The notes: generated from the letters alone by a model not told the origin. A stretch of 64,000 nt of DNA from Candidatus Parvarchaeota archaeon (GCA_017608505.1 JAFCFT010000003.1:234-64233); one strand, 5' to 3'. Counted from the first letter of the stretch, positions 1 through 9,502 are shown. Numbers and translations are program-made.

Positions 1-438
1 TGGGTTTGCATCGCCTTTAGTAGTATAATATGTCTTGCCGTCAATAACTGTCTTGTTTATCACTCTATGGACTATTAAATTACGGCCGTAATAATATACA
101 ACAACATCTCCAACATTTATTTCACCTGAACGAACTGTAATGGCATCCCCCATGTCAAGACCGTTTTGAAACGGCCAAGACAAGTAATCTGACTTATTAT
201 AGCCATTTCGGTCTAGCCATTCATAAAAAGTTATGTTTACTACGCCTGGCTGATGATGCATTGAGTTAGAAAGCACTGCAATAAAGTCATTCAAGCCAAA
301 AACATACAGAAATACTGGAAAAGCAACAAATTTTAACAAAACATATGCAAATACGACAAATGCTATATAAGAGCCTACGCCTTTGCCGTACAGCACCCAT
401 TTTACGAATTTTTTAAATATTCTTAGAGCCTTGCGCAT
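1..438 (-). CDS. Type I signal peptidase (archaeal/Sec11-like); 3' end runs off the window
   Basis: Hand translation of the - strand from ATG at 438 gives MRKALRIFKKF..., then a TM helix. Motifs follow: LSNSMHH (Ser box), GDVVVYY, VHRV (His box), TKGDAN. Absent from the ORF track because it is truncated by the window edge. Confidence 0.7.
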   Translation of the reverse strand, partial: MRKALRIFKKFVKWVLYGKGVGSYIAFVVFAYVLLKFVAFPVFLYVFGLNDFIAVLSNSMHHQPGVVNITFYEWLDRNGYNKSDYLSWPFQNGLDMGDAITVRSGEINVGDVVVYYYGRNLIVHRVINKTVIDGKTYYTTKGDANP

Positions 439-470
439 GAATATAGAATAAAAAGTGCCTTTTTTAAATT

Positions 471-1052
471 TTATGCTCTGCCATGCGATTCGCCAGTCAC
501 AATGCCTGACGCAATCAAGTGGGCAACCCTTACAGGTTCAGGAATTCTGCCGCGAAGTGTTGAAAGTTTAATGATTTTTACAGCATCCTCGCGAGAAAGG
601 CCAATGTGCTGGAAATATATCTTGCCTTCTTTAAGCTCTGTCTCAGACACAGGAGGAAGCTTTTCAATTAAAGACCATCTTTTTTTAGGCCTTGAAAGAT
701 TGTTTAATGCTTTTTTAATAGAGTTTAAGTCAGGTCTTCGCCTAATAACTGCAATTACAGGCAACTTTGTTTCTTTATAAACAAGCTCTAAGTCAACAAT
801 ATTAAAGCCTCCAAGAGCCACGCCATCAATCATTATAACACTTAACTGGGCCTTGTGCTTTGAGGAGTTAACGGCGCGTATCAATTTTCTTGTCGCGTCA
901 AATCCATCTTGCCTCACATAAAAAGAGAGCAAGCCGTCAATTGAACTTTTTCCTCTATAAACAGTGCACACGACTAATACTTTTCTTTTTGGTCCAAACT
1001 TCTCAAATGGACCATCATCAACGCCTAGAATGCGCAATTCTTTTTTAACCAC
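471..1052 (-). CDS. DUF99/UPF0215 family protein (endonuclease V-like fold)
   Basis: Motifs ELRILGVDDGPF, DGFDATRKL, IMIDGVALGGFNIVD, LPVIAVIRRRPD. The track start (TTG 1094) adds a junk hydrophobic N-terminus lying over TATA-like TTTATAAA/TTTATATAT. GTG at 1052 is preferred. Confidence 0.75.
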   Translation of the reverse strand: MVKKELRILGVDDGPFEKFGPKRKVLVVCTVYRGKSSIDGLLSFYVRQDGFDATRKLIRAVNSSKHKAQLSVIMIDGVALGGFNIVDLELVYKETKLPVIAVIRRRPDLNSIKKALNNLSRPKKRWSLIEKLPPVSETELKEGKIYFQHIGLSREDAVKIIKLSTLRGRIPEPVRVAHLIASGIVTGESHGRA

Positions 1053-1104
1053 ATATATAAAGAGATAAAAAACATTTATAAATGAATTGAACAAAAGAAA
1101 GTCT

Positions 1105-1713
1105 ATGAAAGAGGTATACTTAATAGGTGTAAATCACCTACAATATGACTTAAACCAAAAAATATACAATGAGTTAAGCAATATAAAACCAAACGCTATT
1201 ACAGTTGAAGCAAAGCCTGGGATGGTGGAATATTACATAAAAGCAACAATTTTACCTTTAATAATTAATGGATTTGCTGATAAAAAAGAATTTATACCTG
1301 GTCTAGAATTAGTGGGCGCATATCAGTACGCTACTGATAATAAAATTAATCTGTACCAAATTGACAATCTGAGGGGTCTGAACTCATTTATTGTAAATGT
1401 TGAAAGAATCTTATCAAAATGTTCAAAGGAAGAATTAGTAAATAAATTGAAAATTCTTTCAAAAGAAGTTAATAATAACAAAATAATAAGGTTTGAGAAG
1501 GGATTGCATAACAAATTACTCCACCCAATAAATAGAATGACGTTGAATTTAAGAGACACGTATCAAGCAATAAAAATAAAAGAGTTATTAAATAACTATG
1601 AAAAGTTGGCTCACATTGGAGGTCTTGGTCACATTAAAAACTTAAAAAAATACTTAAAAGATAAAGAAATCAAGACTTATGTTCGAAATATTTCAGTAAA
1701 GCAAAAAGAATAG
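1105..1713 (+). CDS. Hypothetical protein; weak TraB/GumN-like N-terminus
   Basis: ORF 1087..1713. VYLIGVNHLQ...PNAITVEAKPG weakly resembles the TraB GTAHVS...VELC pattern. ATG at 1105 is preferred over TTG at 1087. Confidence 0.35.
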   Translation: MKEVYLIGVNHLQYDLNQKIYNELSNIKPNAITVEAKPGMVEYYIKATILPLIINGFADKKEFIPGLELVGAYQYATDNKINLYQIDNLRGLNSFIVNVERILSKCSKEELVNKLKILSKEVNNNKIIRFEKGLHNKLLHPINRMTLNLRDTYQAIKIKELLNNYEKLAHIGGLGHIKNLKKYLKDKEIKTYVRNISVKQKE

Positions 1714-2143
1714 GGACTTTTTTACTAAATCTTAAAATACTTTCACTTGCCTCGTTAGGCCTCCCTCTTCTTAAATTCTCAAGTATTTTTTGAAAATTTT
1801 TATCCCCACTCTTTTCAAAAGCCCTGCTTATGTTCCACAAGTCGTGCGTTAATAATTCTTTGATCAGTTCTTTAGTATCTTTATTTTTAAAATATTTAGG
1901 CAAACACTCTCTAAATTTTTTTGACTCAAAAATATCTCCTAATTCTTCAGCAAAACTATTAAGAAGCCCCTCTTGTCTTTTCTTATTTAGTTTGCCCCAC
2001 TCGTGCACTAGTGATTTAAATTCTTTAGTCTTATCCGGATCAAAACCAAAATTTTTTAGTTTATCATATAATTTACTCAAATATTTGGGCTCAAGAGTCA
2101 TAAAAAGCATGTACTTTGCAAAAAAGTAGTTGCGTTCTATCAT
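1670..2143 (-). CDS. Hypothetical protein (157 aa)
   Basis: Long ORF with a K/E-rich helical sequence and no recognised motif. Its 4-nt overlap with the rpoL stop suggests an operon. Confidence 0.4.
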   Translation of the reverse strand: MIERNYFFAKYMLFMTLEPKYLSKLYDKLKNFGFDPDKTKEFKSLVHEWGKLNKKRQEGLLNSFAEELGDIFESKKFRECLPKYFKNKDTKELIKELLTHDLWNISRAFEKSGDKNFQKILENLRRGRPNEASESILRFSKKVPILFALLKYFEHKS

Positions 2144-2397
2144 TTTACTTGCTTTTCTAATTCAGCAATGTCTGCTTTTAAAGCCTTTAGTGCGTTTTCG
2201 ACAGAGGCTTTGACATTGCTTCCTTTAATGTTAAGCACGAATTTGCCAAGCAATGGATGAGGCTGATTGTACCCTGCAAATTTTATTGTTTTATCGTCCT
2301 GCAACTTTCTTTTAAGCATGTTAAGCAATGTATGGTCTTCGCCTTCAATTTCTAGAACCCAAGAGGCCTTGTCCCTTTGAACAAAATTAATATCCAT
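2140..2397 (-). CDS. rpoL: DNA-directed RNA polymerase subunit L (Rpo11)
   Basis: MDINFVQRDKASWVLEIEGEDHTLLNMLKRKL... carries the EDHTL(G/L)N signature and is about 85 aa. The track ORF (to 2571) adds an implausible hydrophobic extension. ATG (cat) at 2395-2397. Confidence 0.8.
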   Translation of the reverse strand: MDINFVQRDKASWVLEIEGEDHTLLNMLKRKLQDDKTIKFAGYNQPHPLLGKFVLNIKGSNVKASVENALKALKADIAELEKQVK

Positions 2398-2440
2398 AGA
2401 ATGGAGAAAATTAAAAGGTTTTATAAATGTTTCGCAATTA

Positions 2441-3133
2441 ATGATACTCATGGACAAGCGCAAACGTGCAATGGAGCTTGTAAAAAAGAAATTAAAAGAG
2501 GCATTTAGCCCAGAAATCCCTTTAATACAGGCGATAAGCGCTATTGATGAAATTGACAAAAATATCAACATTCAGTATGAGCGCTTGAGCGAATTGTACA
2601 AAATGTATTATCCTGAAGCTATGAAAAAAGTCAAAGACGCATCGCATCTTGTAAAACTTTTGCAAGACCCGAAAAGGAGCGCAGTCAGCAAAAAGCTCGG
2701 CATTAAAGAAGAAAGCGTTGGGTATGAATACGGCTCTGCAGACTTAGAAATGATTAAAGTTTTTGCGCAAAAATTAGGTGAACTAATAGTTCTTAGAAAA
2801 AAGCTTGAAGAATACGTTAAGAAAAGAGTTAAAGAAATTGCGCCAAAAATGAGCGAGGTTGCAGGCCCAATGCTTGCAGCAAGGCTTATAATGATTGCAG
2901 GAAGCCTAAAAAGACTTGCACTAATGCCTTCAAGCACTATTCAAGTGCTCGGCGCTGAAAAGGCGCTGTTTAGGCACTTAAGAAGCGGTGCAAAGCCGCC
3001 AAAGCACGGCGTTATAATCCAACATCAGTCAATTCAAAGGGTTGGAAGAAAAGAAAGGGGCAAAGCTGCAAGAAGGCTTGCCAACGAGATTAGCAAAGCT
3101 GCAAGGAGTGATTACTTTGAAAAGAATAAGTGA
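2441..3133 (+). CDS. nop5: Nop5 (Nop56/58) C/D box sRNP protein, short form lacking the N-terminal domain
   Basis: Nop domain motifs AGPMLAARLI, GAEKALFRHL, PKHGVI, plus the coiled-coil start LIQAISAIDEIDKNIN...YPE. Only 230 aa. Sits directly upstream of fibrillarin. Confidence 0.85.
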   Translation: MILMDKRKRAMELVKKKLKEAFSPEIPLIQAISAIDEIDKNINIQYERLSELYKMYYPEAMKKVKDASHLVKLLQDPKRSAVSKKLGIKEESVGYEYGSADLEMIKVFAQKLGELIVLRKKLEEYVKKRVKEIAPKMSEVAGPMLAARLIMIAGSLKRLALMPSSTIQVLGAEKALFRHLRSGAKPPKHGVIIQHQSIQRVGRKERGKAARRLANEISKAARSDYFEKNK

Positions 3134-3770
3134 AGGAATATATAGAGAAGGAAATAAAATATACACAAAAAGCATAGCGCCAAAAACAAAAGTATATGAT
3201 GAGAGAATTAAAAAAATCAAGAAAGACGAATTTAGAGAATGGGACCCAAGAAGAAGCAAATTAAGCGCAGCAATAATGAAGGGCCTAAGAAGGATTCCAA
3301 TAAAGAGTGATTCTATAATATTGTACTTAGGGGCTGCAAATGGCACGACAGCAAGCCATGTTGCTGACATCGCGTACAAAGGACGAGTCTATGCTGTAGA
3401 AATCAGCCCAAGGGCTATGATGGACCTTATGTTTGTGTGCGAAAAAAGAAAAAACATGATACCTATTTTAGGAAATGCAAATCATCCAGAAGAGTATGAA
3501 AGTCTGCTAGAGCCTGTTGATTTGGTTTACCAAGACGTTGCTCAAAAGAACCAAGCAGAAATATTGCTGGAAAACTGCAAGAAGTTTTTAAAGCGCGAAG
3601 GATACGCCATGATTGCAGTTAAAGCCAGAAGCATTGATGTTGCAGAAAAACCCTCAAAGGTCTTTGCAAGAGTTGAAGAAAAGCTAAAGAAAAATTTCAA
3701 TATAATTGACAAGAGAAGGCTGGAGCCTTATGAAAAAGATCACATGTTCTACCTGCTTAAGATGAAATAG
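3108..3770 (+). CDS. flpA: Fibrillarin (rRNA/tRNA 2'-O-methyltransferase)
   Basis: Motifs WDPRRSKLSAAI, ILYLGAANGTTASHVAD, VYAVEISPR, DVAQKNQAEI. GTG at 3108 is in frame with the track ORF 3042 and is preferred, because the N-terminus LKRISEGIYREG then matches fibrillarin starts. TTG at 3117 is an alternative. Confidence 0.9.
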   Translation: MITLKRISEGIYREGNKIYTKSIAPKTKVYDERIKKIKKDEFREWDPRRSKLSAAIMKGLRRIPIKSDSIILYLGAANGTTASHVADIAYKGRVYAVEISPRAMMDLMFVCEKRKNMIPILGNANHPEEYESLLEPVDLVYQDVAQKNQAEILLENCKKFLKREGYAMIAVKARSIDVAEKPSKVFARVEEKLKKNFNIIDKRRLEPYEKDHMFYLLKMK

Positions 3771-3771
3771 T

Positions 3772-4485
3772 ATGGATGTAGAAAAAATTGAAAAAGCATT
3801 AAAAGAAAGGAATAAAGCAGAGATAACGCTAGGAGAGGATGAGAAGGCAATCTATATTGGCAGTGGTCCATATATTGAAAATATTTCGCACATTACTCCA
3901 TTAGTCAACGCAAAGACATACATCTTATCTGACATAAAATTTGAAAAAAATGAAGAAGTCATTATTGATGATGTAAGGATAATTATTTCTAAAAAGGATG
4001 GGTTTGAATTAGTTAAGAAGGATAAGAATATTAAATTTGTCATGATTGACCAAGCAGTTAGTTATAAAGACAAGCTTAGATTAATATCAGAGAATGCGTA
4101 TGTTTGCTTCTGGACCATGAGCAAGTTCAATGACTTTGAAAAAATAATTTATGAAAGAATGGGATTAAAATATCATAGTACACATCAAGGCGTTGCTATA
4201 TTCGTTAAGAAAAAAGAACCAAGCAAAAACGATGTTAAGGTTGCTGAGTACCTTAAAGACATATATTCAATCATTACAGTCAAACTACTACTCAATGTTA
4301 AAGTAAGGATACCTCCTGATTACGAAAGGTTTAAAAAAATGCTAAAAGAATTAGAGAAGCCTGAATTTAAATTGATAGGCAAGGAAAAACAGGTAATAAA
4401 AGAATTCATTAAGAAAATGAAAGAACGAAGAATAGAAGATTACATAATTGAAGAAATTAAGGATGCATTAAATTGGAAGGATTAA
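3772..4485 (+). CDS. Hypothetical protein (237 aa)
   Basis: Long ORF starting 2 nt after the flpA stop. No recognised motif. Confidence 0.45.
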   Translation: MDVEKIEKALKERNKAEITLGEDEKAIYIGSGPYIENISHITPLVNAKTYILSDIKFEKNEEVIIDDVRIIISKKDGFELVKKDKNIKFVMIDQAVSYKDKLRLISENAYVCFWTMSKFNDFEKIIYERMGLKYHSTHQGVAIFVKKKEPSKNDVKVAEYLKDIYSIITVKLLLNVKVRIPPDYERFKKMLKELEKPEFKLIGKEKQVIKEFIKKMKERRIEDYIIEEIKDALNWKD

Positions 4486-4486
4486 A

Positions 4487-4735
4487 TTACTTGTAAATTC
4501 TGCTTCTATGACCAACTTCAACTACAAAGATCACTGATTCCTTAATCCTTATGTCAAGTATCGCCCTGTAATCTCCAATTCTTAAGCTGTAATAAGGCAA
4601 TCCAGCTAAGCGTTTAACAAAATTAAAAGGCCTAATCTTAATTCTTTCAAGAACATTAATAATTCTTTTCTGAGTAATGTTATCTAACTTATTAAATTGT
4701 TTTTCAGCATTATATGAGAAAAAGACTTTATACAT
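4487..4735 (-). CDS. relE: RelE/ParE-family type II toxin
   Basis: 82 aa. The YSLRIGDYRAI...VGHRSRIY pattern is typical of RelE mRNA interferases. It lies 3 nt downstream of a small antitoxin-like ORF. Confidence 0.8.
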   Translation of the reverse strand: MYKVFFSYNAEKQFNKLDNITQKRIINVLERIKIRPFNFVKRLAGLPYYSLRIGDYRAILDIRIKESVIFVVEVGHRSRIYK

Positions 4736-4738
4736 GTC

Positions 4739-4957
4739 TTAAACGCCTATTTTCTTTTTAATATCCTCAAGAGAAACAACCTTTCCTTCGCGAATTTCTT
4801 TCTCAGATTTTGCAACATTCTTTTTTGCTTCATCAGATAACTCTAATCTGTCTTCAATTAGGTCCCAAATAATATCCTCATAACTCTCGTTACGATACAT
4901 TTTCATAAGCTTAAGTTTAGTTAATAATTCCTTGCTAACTTGGATAGTTGTTTCCAT
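4739..4957 (-). CDS. Putative antitoxin partner of RelE
   Basis: 72 aa. The N-terminal beta-strand-like TIQVSKELLTKLK is followed by an acidic helix. It occupies the position upstream of the toxin. Confidence 0.6.
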   Translation of the reverse strand: METTIQVSKELLTKLKLMKMYRNESYEDIIWDLIEDRLELSDEAKKNVAKSEKEIREGKVVSLEDIKKKIGV

Positions 4958-5062
4958 AGTTAATTATATAAATATTATATTTTTAAGACTTATGCATTTA
5001 CTTAGATAAAAAACGAAAAATAATAAATTTTTCAAAATTCTAGAAAGGACTGGAAAAGTGTT

Positions 5063-5359
5063 ATGAATTTGCAATTTAAGAGTTTAAAAGAAGGACTACT
5101 GCTATTGAATAAAAATTATGTTGTTCTAACAAGCCACACTAAAAAATTGATCAGCGAAGTAAGCAAGAAACTCAATAACATCACTGACGCAATAATACTC
5201 ACAGACCTAAAAACAAAAAAACATTCTGAGCAAGAGATAATGAGCATCTTTAACTTAGCAGAGAAATACAATATTAATTATGACGAAGAACTATGGAATA
5301 ATTACAAATGCATTAAAGAAGCATTAAAGAAAAAAATAAAGAGATTGTCAAGGAATTAA
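5063..5359 (+). CDS. Hypothetical protein (98 aa)
   Basis: ORF only; no motif recognised. Confidence 0.3.
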   Translation: MNLQFKSLKEGLLLLNKNYVVLTSHTKKLISEVSKKLNNITDAIILTDLKTKKHSEQEIMSIFNLAEKYNINYDEELWNNYKCIKEALKKKIKRLSRN

Positions 5360-5569
5360 CAAAAGATGGAATAAAAAGGGCCTCTCTAGGTCCAGAATCA
5401 CTAACCCTCTTTGGACATACAAAAATTGTAATATTCTTTAATAAAAAAAATAAAAATTCAAAATGGAGAAAACGAGGAATTCCAAAAAATAAAGAAAAAA
5501 GTTAGAAAGTTATTAAACACGTTATAAAACAAAATAAAGCTTAAATAATGACCTTGCTATATTATTTCC

Positions 5570-7042
5570 TTGATGGAAGAAAACATAACTGTTGCCAAAG
5601 CAATTGCAGACACGCTAAAAACTACTTTAGGACCAAAAGGAATGGACAAAATGCTGATTGACGCTGTTGGAGACATAGTGATAACAAATGACGGCGCAAC
5701 AGTCTTAAAAGAAGTTGAGTTAAAGCATCCAGGGGCAAAAGTAATTGCAGAAGTTGCAAAAACATTAGAAGAGTCTGTTGGCGACGGCACCGCAAGCGCA
5801 GTCGTGTTAACTGGAGAATTATTAAACAAAGCGCTGGAATTAAAGAAAAAAGGATTGCATCCTGCAACAATAATTAAAGGATACGAACTTGCAAGGGATT
5901 ATGCATTAGATGCGCTTGATAGGAATGCAATAAGCATAGATGTGAATGACAAAAAGGTTCTTGAAAATATAATTGGTACTGCGCTTACTGGGAAAAGCGT
6001 GGGAAAAGTAAAAGAAATCTTAACAAGAATTGTTTTGGAAACAGCGCAAACTGTTGAAAGCTTTGATGATGTAAAAATCGAAAAAAAGATTGGAGGGTCA
6101 ATAGAAGATTCCAAAGTAATAAAGGGCGTTCTTATTGACAAAGAGCCAGTGTTTAGCCAGATGAGTAAAAAAATTGACAAAGCAAGAATAGTTCTTGTTG
6201 ATTCCCCGCTAGAGGTTAAAACCCTTGAGACAAATGCTGAAATCAAGATAAGATTCCCTGAAGAGCTTGGAAAATTCAGGGAAAAAGAACTAGAAATGCT
6301 AAAAGACTTGGTTCAAAAGATTATAAATGTAAATGCGAACTTGGTGCTTTGTCAAAAAGGAATTGATGAAGAAGCCCAGCAAATGCTTGCAAAAGCAGGC
6401 ATAACAGCAATAAGAAGAATCAGAAGGACTGACATGGAGCTTCTCTCAAAAGCATTAAGGGTCAACATAGTCACTGATTTGAAAGATTTGAAGGAAAGTG
6501 ATGTTGGTTTGGCAAGCATGGAAACTAAAAAAATAGGGGACGAAGAAATGACAATAATACATAACTGCGCTAATCCAAAAGCAGTGACAATATTATTAAG
6601 AGGCGCCCAAGAGCAGCTGCTTGACGAAATTGAAAGGTCCATAAAAGATGCTTTCGGAGACCTAAAAACAATTTTTAAAGACAATAGGGTTGTGTTTGGG
6701 GCAGGTGCAACAGAACTAATGCTAAGAAAAAAAATAATTGAATACTCAAACAAGATAAAAGGAAAGGAGCAGCTAGCAGTTCTTGGCTTTGCGCAAGCGC
6801 TTGAAGCGATTCCAAAAGCGCTGATAGAAAATTCAGGTGGAAACGTAATTGATATTATGGCGGAGCTAATTAAAAGGTATGAATCTTGCAGCGAGTGGGG
6901 TGCAGGAGAAAGAGTCATTAATGCAAAAAAAGAAGGAATAATAGAGCCGCTGAATCTTAAAAAACAAGTGATAAAAACTGCTTGCGAATCAGCAAAGATG
7001 GTACTAAGAGTAGATAATATTATTTTAAAGAAAAAGTTGTAA
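5570..7042 (+). CDS. ths: Thermosome subunit (group II chaperonin), compact 490 aa
   Basis: Motifs LGPKGMDKMLID, GDIVITNDGATVLKE, HPGAKV, VGDGTASAVVLTGELL, VFGAGATE. Start is TTG 5570 or ATG 5573. Confidence 0.9.
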   Translation: MMEENITVAKAIADTLKTTLGPKGMDKMLIDAVGDIVITNDGATVLKEVELKHPGAKVIAEVAKTLEESVGDGTASAVVLTGELLNKALELKKKGLHPATIIKGYELARDYALDALDRNAISIDVNDKKVLENIIGTALTGKSVGKVKEILTRIVLETAQTVESFDDVKIEKKIGGSIEDSKVIKGVLIDKEPVFSQMSKKIDKARIVLVDSPLEVKTLETNAEIKIRFPEELGKFREKELEMLKDLVQKIINVNANLVLCQKGIDEEAQQMLAKAGITAIRRIRRTDMELLSKALRVNIVTDLKDLKESDVGLASMETKKIGDEEMTIIHNCANPKAVTILLRGAQEQLLDEIERSIKDAFGDLKTIFKDNRVVFGAGATELMLRKKIIEYSNKIKGKEQLAVLGFAQALEAIPKALIENSGGNVIDIMAELIKRYESCSEWGAGERVINAKKEGIIEPLNLKKQVIKTACESAKMVLRVDNIILKKKL

Positions 7043-7085
7043 TCTTAAAGTAACCTTTATAATTCCTAAGTGATTTAAAAAAAGC

Positions 7086-7574
7086 ATGCCTAGAAAGGCT
7101 TCTGAAGAAGAGTACGAATTAGTGCCTGTGAGCCCTATTAAAAGGCTTGAAAGGGAAATTGAAGATTTAAAGAAAAAAAAGGTTGCTGAAATCCCTATAG
7201 AAAAACTTGGAGACAATATTGAAAAACTAAATGAGCAAGTAAGCAAATTAGTGACTGTAAATATTAATCTCCAAGCAAAAATAACTGAACTGCTGATAAA
7301 AAATGCTGAGTTAATAGAAGGAGTCACCGAAATGGTTGAACTATTAAAGAGGGCTTCAGAAGTTGAGGTAACGGCAGAAACAAAGCCAGAACAAAAAATA
7401 GACTTGTCTCCAGTAGTCAACGAATTAAAAAATATAAGCTCGCAAAATGCTCAAATACTTGAAGGCTTTAAAAGATTAAATGAATATATGCAAAAGACGT
7501 ATAGAAGAGGTATGCTTGAAAAGGTGCTTGAAGCGCCAAGTCAAAGAACCATGCCTGAAGGTGGAAAAATTTGA
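7086..7574 (+). CDS. Coiled-coil protein, first gene of the pilus locus
   Basis: 162 aa with heptad-rich sequence (LEREIEDLKKKK..., LNEQVSKLVTVNINLQAKITELL). Its stop overlaps the start of pilin 1. Confidence 0.5.
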   Translation: MPRKASEEEYELVPVSPIKRLEREIEDLKKKKVAEIPIEKLGDNIEKLNEQVSKLVTVNINLQAKITELLIKNAELIEGVTEMVELLKRASEVEVTAETKPEQKIDLSPVVNELKNISSQNAQILEGFKRLNEYMQKTYRRGMLEKVLEAPSQRTMPEGGKI

Positions 7575-8023
7575 ATAAAAAAGCAATTACTCCAGTCATT
7601 GCAGTTGTATTGTTGCTAATGATGACTGTGGCTGCAGCAGGAGCTGCTTTTTTTTGGATAACAACAATACAAAGCAGGATACAGGGGCAGATAGGAACGC
7701 AAACAACAGAATCAACAGGACAAGCAAGACAGTTTCAAATAATAAGTGCTGAATGCTCAAATGCGTCTCCAAACTTAATTAATGTAACAATCCAAAATGT
7801 TGGAAATTTGCAAATAGATGCTGGCACAACAGCAATTACAGTTACTGACAATTTAGGCCAAGTCATAGCAACAAACATATCGACAATGGAATCTGCATTA
7901 GAGAAAGGGGACATAACAACAATCAGATTTGCAACAGAAGCGCTTACAAGCGGAAAAACATACGGCTTAAAGATAACGCTTCCAGGCGGAGCAGAGCAGA
8001 CAACAGTATGCATTAGTAAGTAA
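7571..8023 (+). CDS. Archaeal type IV pilin-like protein 1 (class III signal peptide, Pilin_N-like)
   Basis: N-terminus (M)NKKAITPVIAVVLLLMMTVAAAGAAFFW: a basic leader followed by a hydrophobic helix. Several N-X-S/T sequons and two Cys. TTG start. Confidence 0.75.
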   Translation: MNKKAITPVIAVVLLLMMTVAAAGAAFFWITTIQSRIQGQIGTQTTESTGQARQFQIISAECSNASPNLINVTIQNVGNLQIDAGTTAITVTDNLGQVIATNISTMESALEKGDITTIRFATEALTSGKTYGLKITLPGGAEQTTVCISK

Positions 8024-8024
8024 A

Positions 8025-8034
8025 GTATATAAAT
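8025..8034 (+). promoter_or_regulatory. TATA-box-like element upstream of pilin 2
   Basis: GTATATAAAT lies about 25-30 nt upstream of ATG 8058. This spacing fits a leaderless archaeal transcript. Confidence 0.3.
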
Positions 8035-8057
8035 CCTAACGCATTATATAAAAACTA

Positions 8058-8516
8058 ATGTTTAACAGGAAAGCAATTACTCCAGTCATTGCAGTTGTAT
8101 TGTTGCTAATGATGACTGTGGCTGCAGCAGGAGCTGCTTTTTTTTGGATGACCACAATTCAAAGCAGAATACAAGGGCAGATAGGAACTCAAGTTTCAGA
8201 AACAACGCTTACAACAACTACGACGTTAAACATAGTAAATGTAATATGCAATGCTTCTCCAGGAATGGTTAATATCACAATACAAAACACAGGAAGCAAC
8301 ACAATAGTGTCAGGAACAAGCGCACTAACAATAACAGACACGCAGGACAGAGTATTAAAAACAGCAACAACGACAAGCCCTTCATTTGCGCAAAACGAAA
8401 TAATAACAATAAATTACACAATTGGAGAAGGAGTAATAACTGCAGGAACAACATATGGAGTTAAAATAACGCTTCCAGGCGGAGCAGAGCAGACAACTGA
8501 CTGCATAGCGCAATAA
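8058..8516 (+). CDS. Archaeal type IV pilin-like protein 2 (paralog of pilin 1)
   Basis: MFNRKAITPVIAVVLLLMMTVAAAGAAFFW. The N-terminal 80 nt and C-terminal 32 nt are identical to pilin 1; the core differs. Confidence 0.75.
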   Translation: MFNRKAITPVIAVVLLLMMTVAAAGAAFFWMTTIQSRIQGQIGTQVSETTLTTTTTLNIVNVICNASPGMVNITIQNTGSNTIVSGTSALTITDTQDRVLKTATTTSPSFAQNEIITINYTIGEGVITAGTTYGVKITLPGGAEQTTDCIAQ

Positions 8517-8554
8517 GAAAAGAATTATAAGTTATCTATTATTTATTAATTTTA

Positions 8555-9451
8555 ATGAAGGCGCAGTCAGCAATAATAAGCACAATACTATTATCAAGCA
8601 TTATCCTTTCCATTGTTACTGCAACTTTTATCTGGGGACAGCCATTGGTCCAAAAAACAACAGATAAAATTAAGATAGACACTTTAACTGAAATGTTAAA
8701 AACTATTAAAAATGGAATTGACAATGCTCAGCAGACTGGAAGCCCGTCTCAAGTGCAATTAGACATTTCTGGCGCAACAGTGATTATAAAACCAGATGAC
8801 AATGCGATAGCTGTAAAAACAAAGACTACAATACCAATAATAACATCGTATACTTTTGTTCCATTAAGTTATACTGAATTGCCGTTTGAAAATGAATTAA
8901 TAGATATTAACACTTCGCATATTAACAGCACTCCTGTTTTTACGCCTGAAGACTATGTTGCTGGAACAGACATACGCTTTGGAAATGTTACATTAGAAAA
9001 CGAAATTTACAATGTCACTACTTTTTATACAGGGGCAAGTTATGACGTTGCTTGCTTTTATCAAGGACAGTACGCAACGCAGGATGAATGCGTAGACGAG
9101 GGCCAAGATTTTGTTAAAAATGACACAACATACACCCTCTCATGGATAAGCTCAGATGGAACTGAAGTAATACTTATAGGCCCTGAAGTGGAAAATTTAG
9201 GAGTGCTTGGCACAGACCCAGGAGGCATAATAATAGGAAAAAGCCTGCCTATAAGCGGCGTGCAAAATGTTGAATTAAGACTTGCATATAGGGGATTGAT
9301 TGACGCCTCTGGAAGAGTAACAAAAACAGTGCTTCAATGCACAAGAGGCTGCAGGACTGGCGAAGGAAGGAAAAAATTAAAAATTTCGTTAGACAGGGTT
9401 GAGAGAACGGAAAACGCAACATACTTTTACGTGAACCTGCAATTTGAATAG
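8555..9451 (+). CDS. Pilin-like protein (298 aa) with class III signal-like N-terminus
   Basis: MKAQSAIISTILLSSIILSIVTATFIWGQP, followed by a beta-rich region with many sequons. Confidence 0.6.
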   Translation: MKAQSAIISTILLSSIILSIVTATFIWGQPLVQKTTDKIKIDTLTEMLKTIKNGIDNAQQTGSPSQVQLDISGATVIIKPDDNAIAVKTKTTIPIITSYTFVPLSYTELPFENELIDINTSHINSTPVFTPEDYVAGTDIRFGNVTLENEIYNVTTFYTGASYDVACFYQGQYATQDECVDEGQDFVKNDTTYTLSWISSDGTEVILIGPEVENLGVLGTDPGGIIIGKSLPISGVQNVELRLAYRGLIDASGRVTKTVLQCTRGCRTGEGRKKLKISLDRVERTENATYFYVNLQFE

Positions 9452-9502
9452 AACCATAAAATCCTTAAACATAGAACAACTATTTTATCTTGAGGGATAA
9501 TA

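Noticed and set aside
5360-5569. 210-bp A-rich spacer upstream of the thermosome, considered as a possible C/D box sRNA or small ORF.
   Set aside because: No RUGAUGA/CUGA box pairs were found and no ORF longer than about 10 codons. It is most simply a promoter or leader region.
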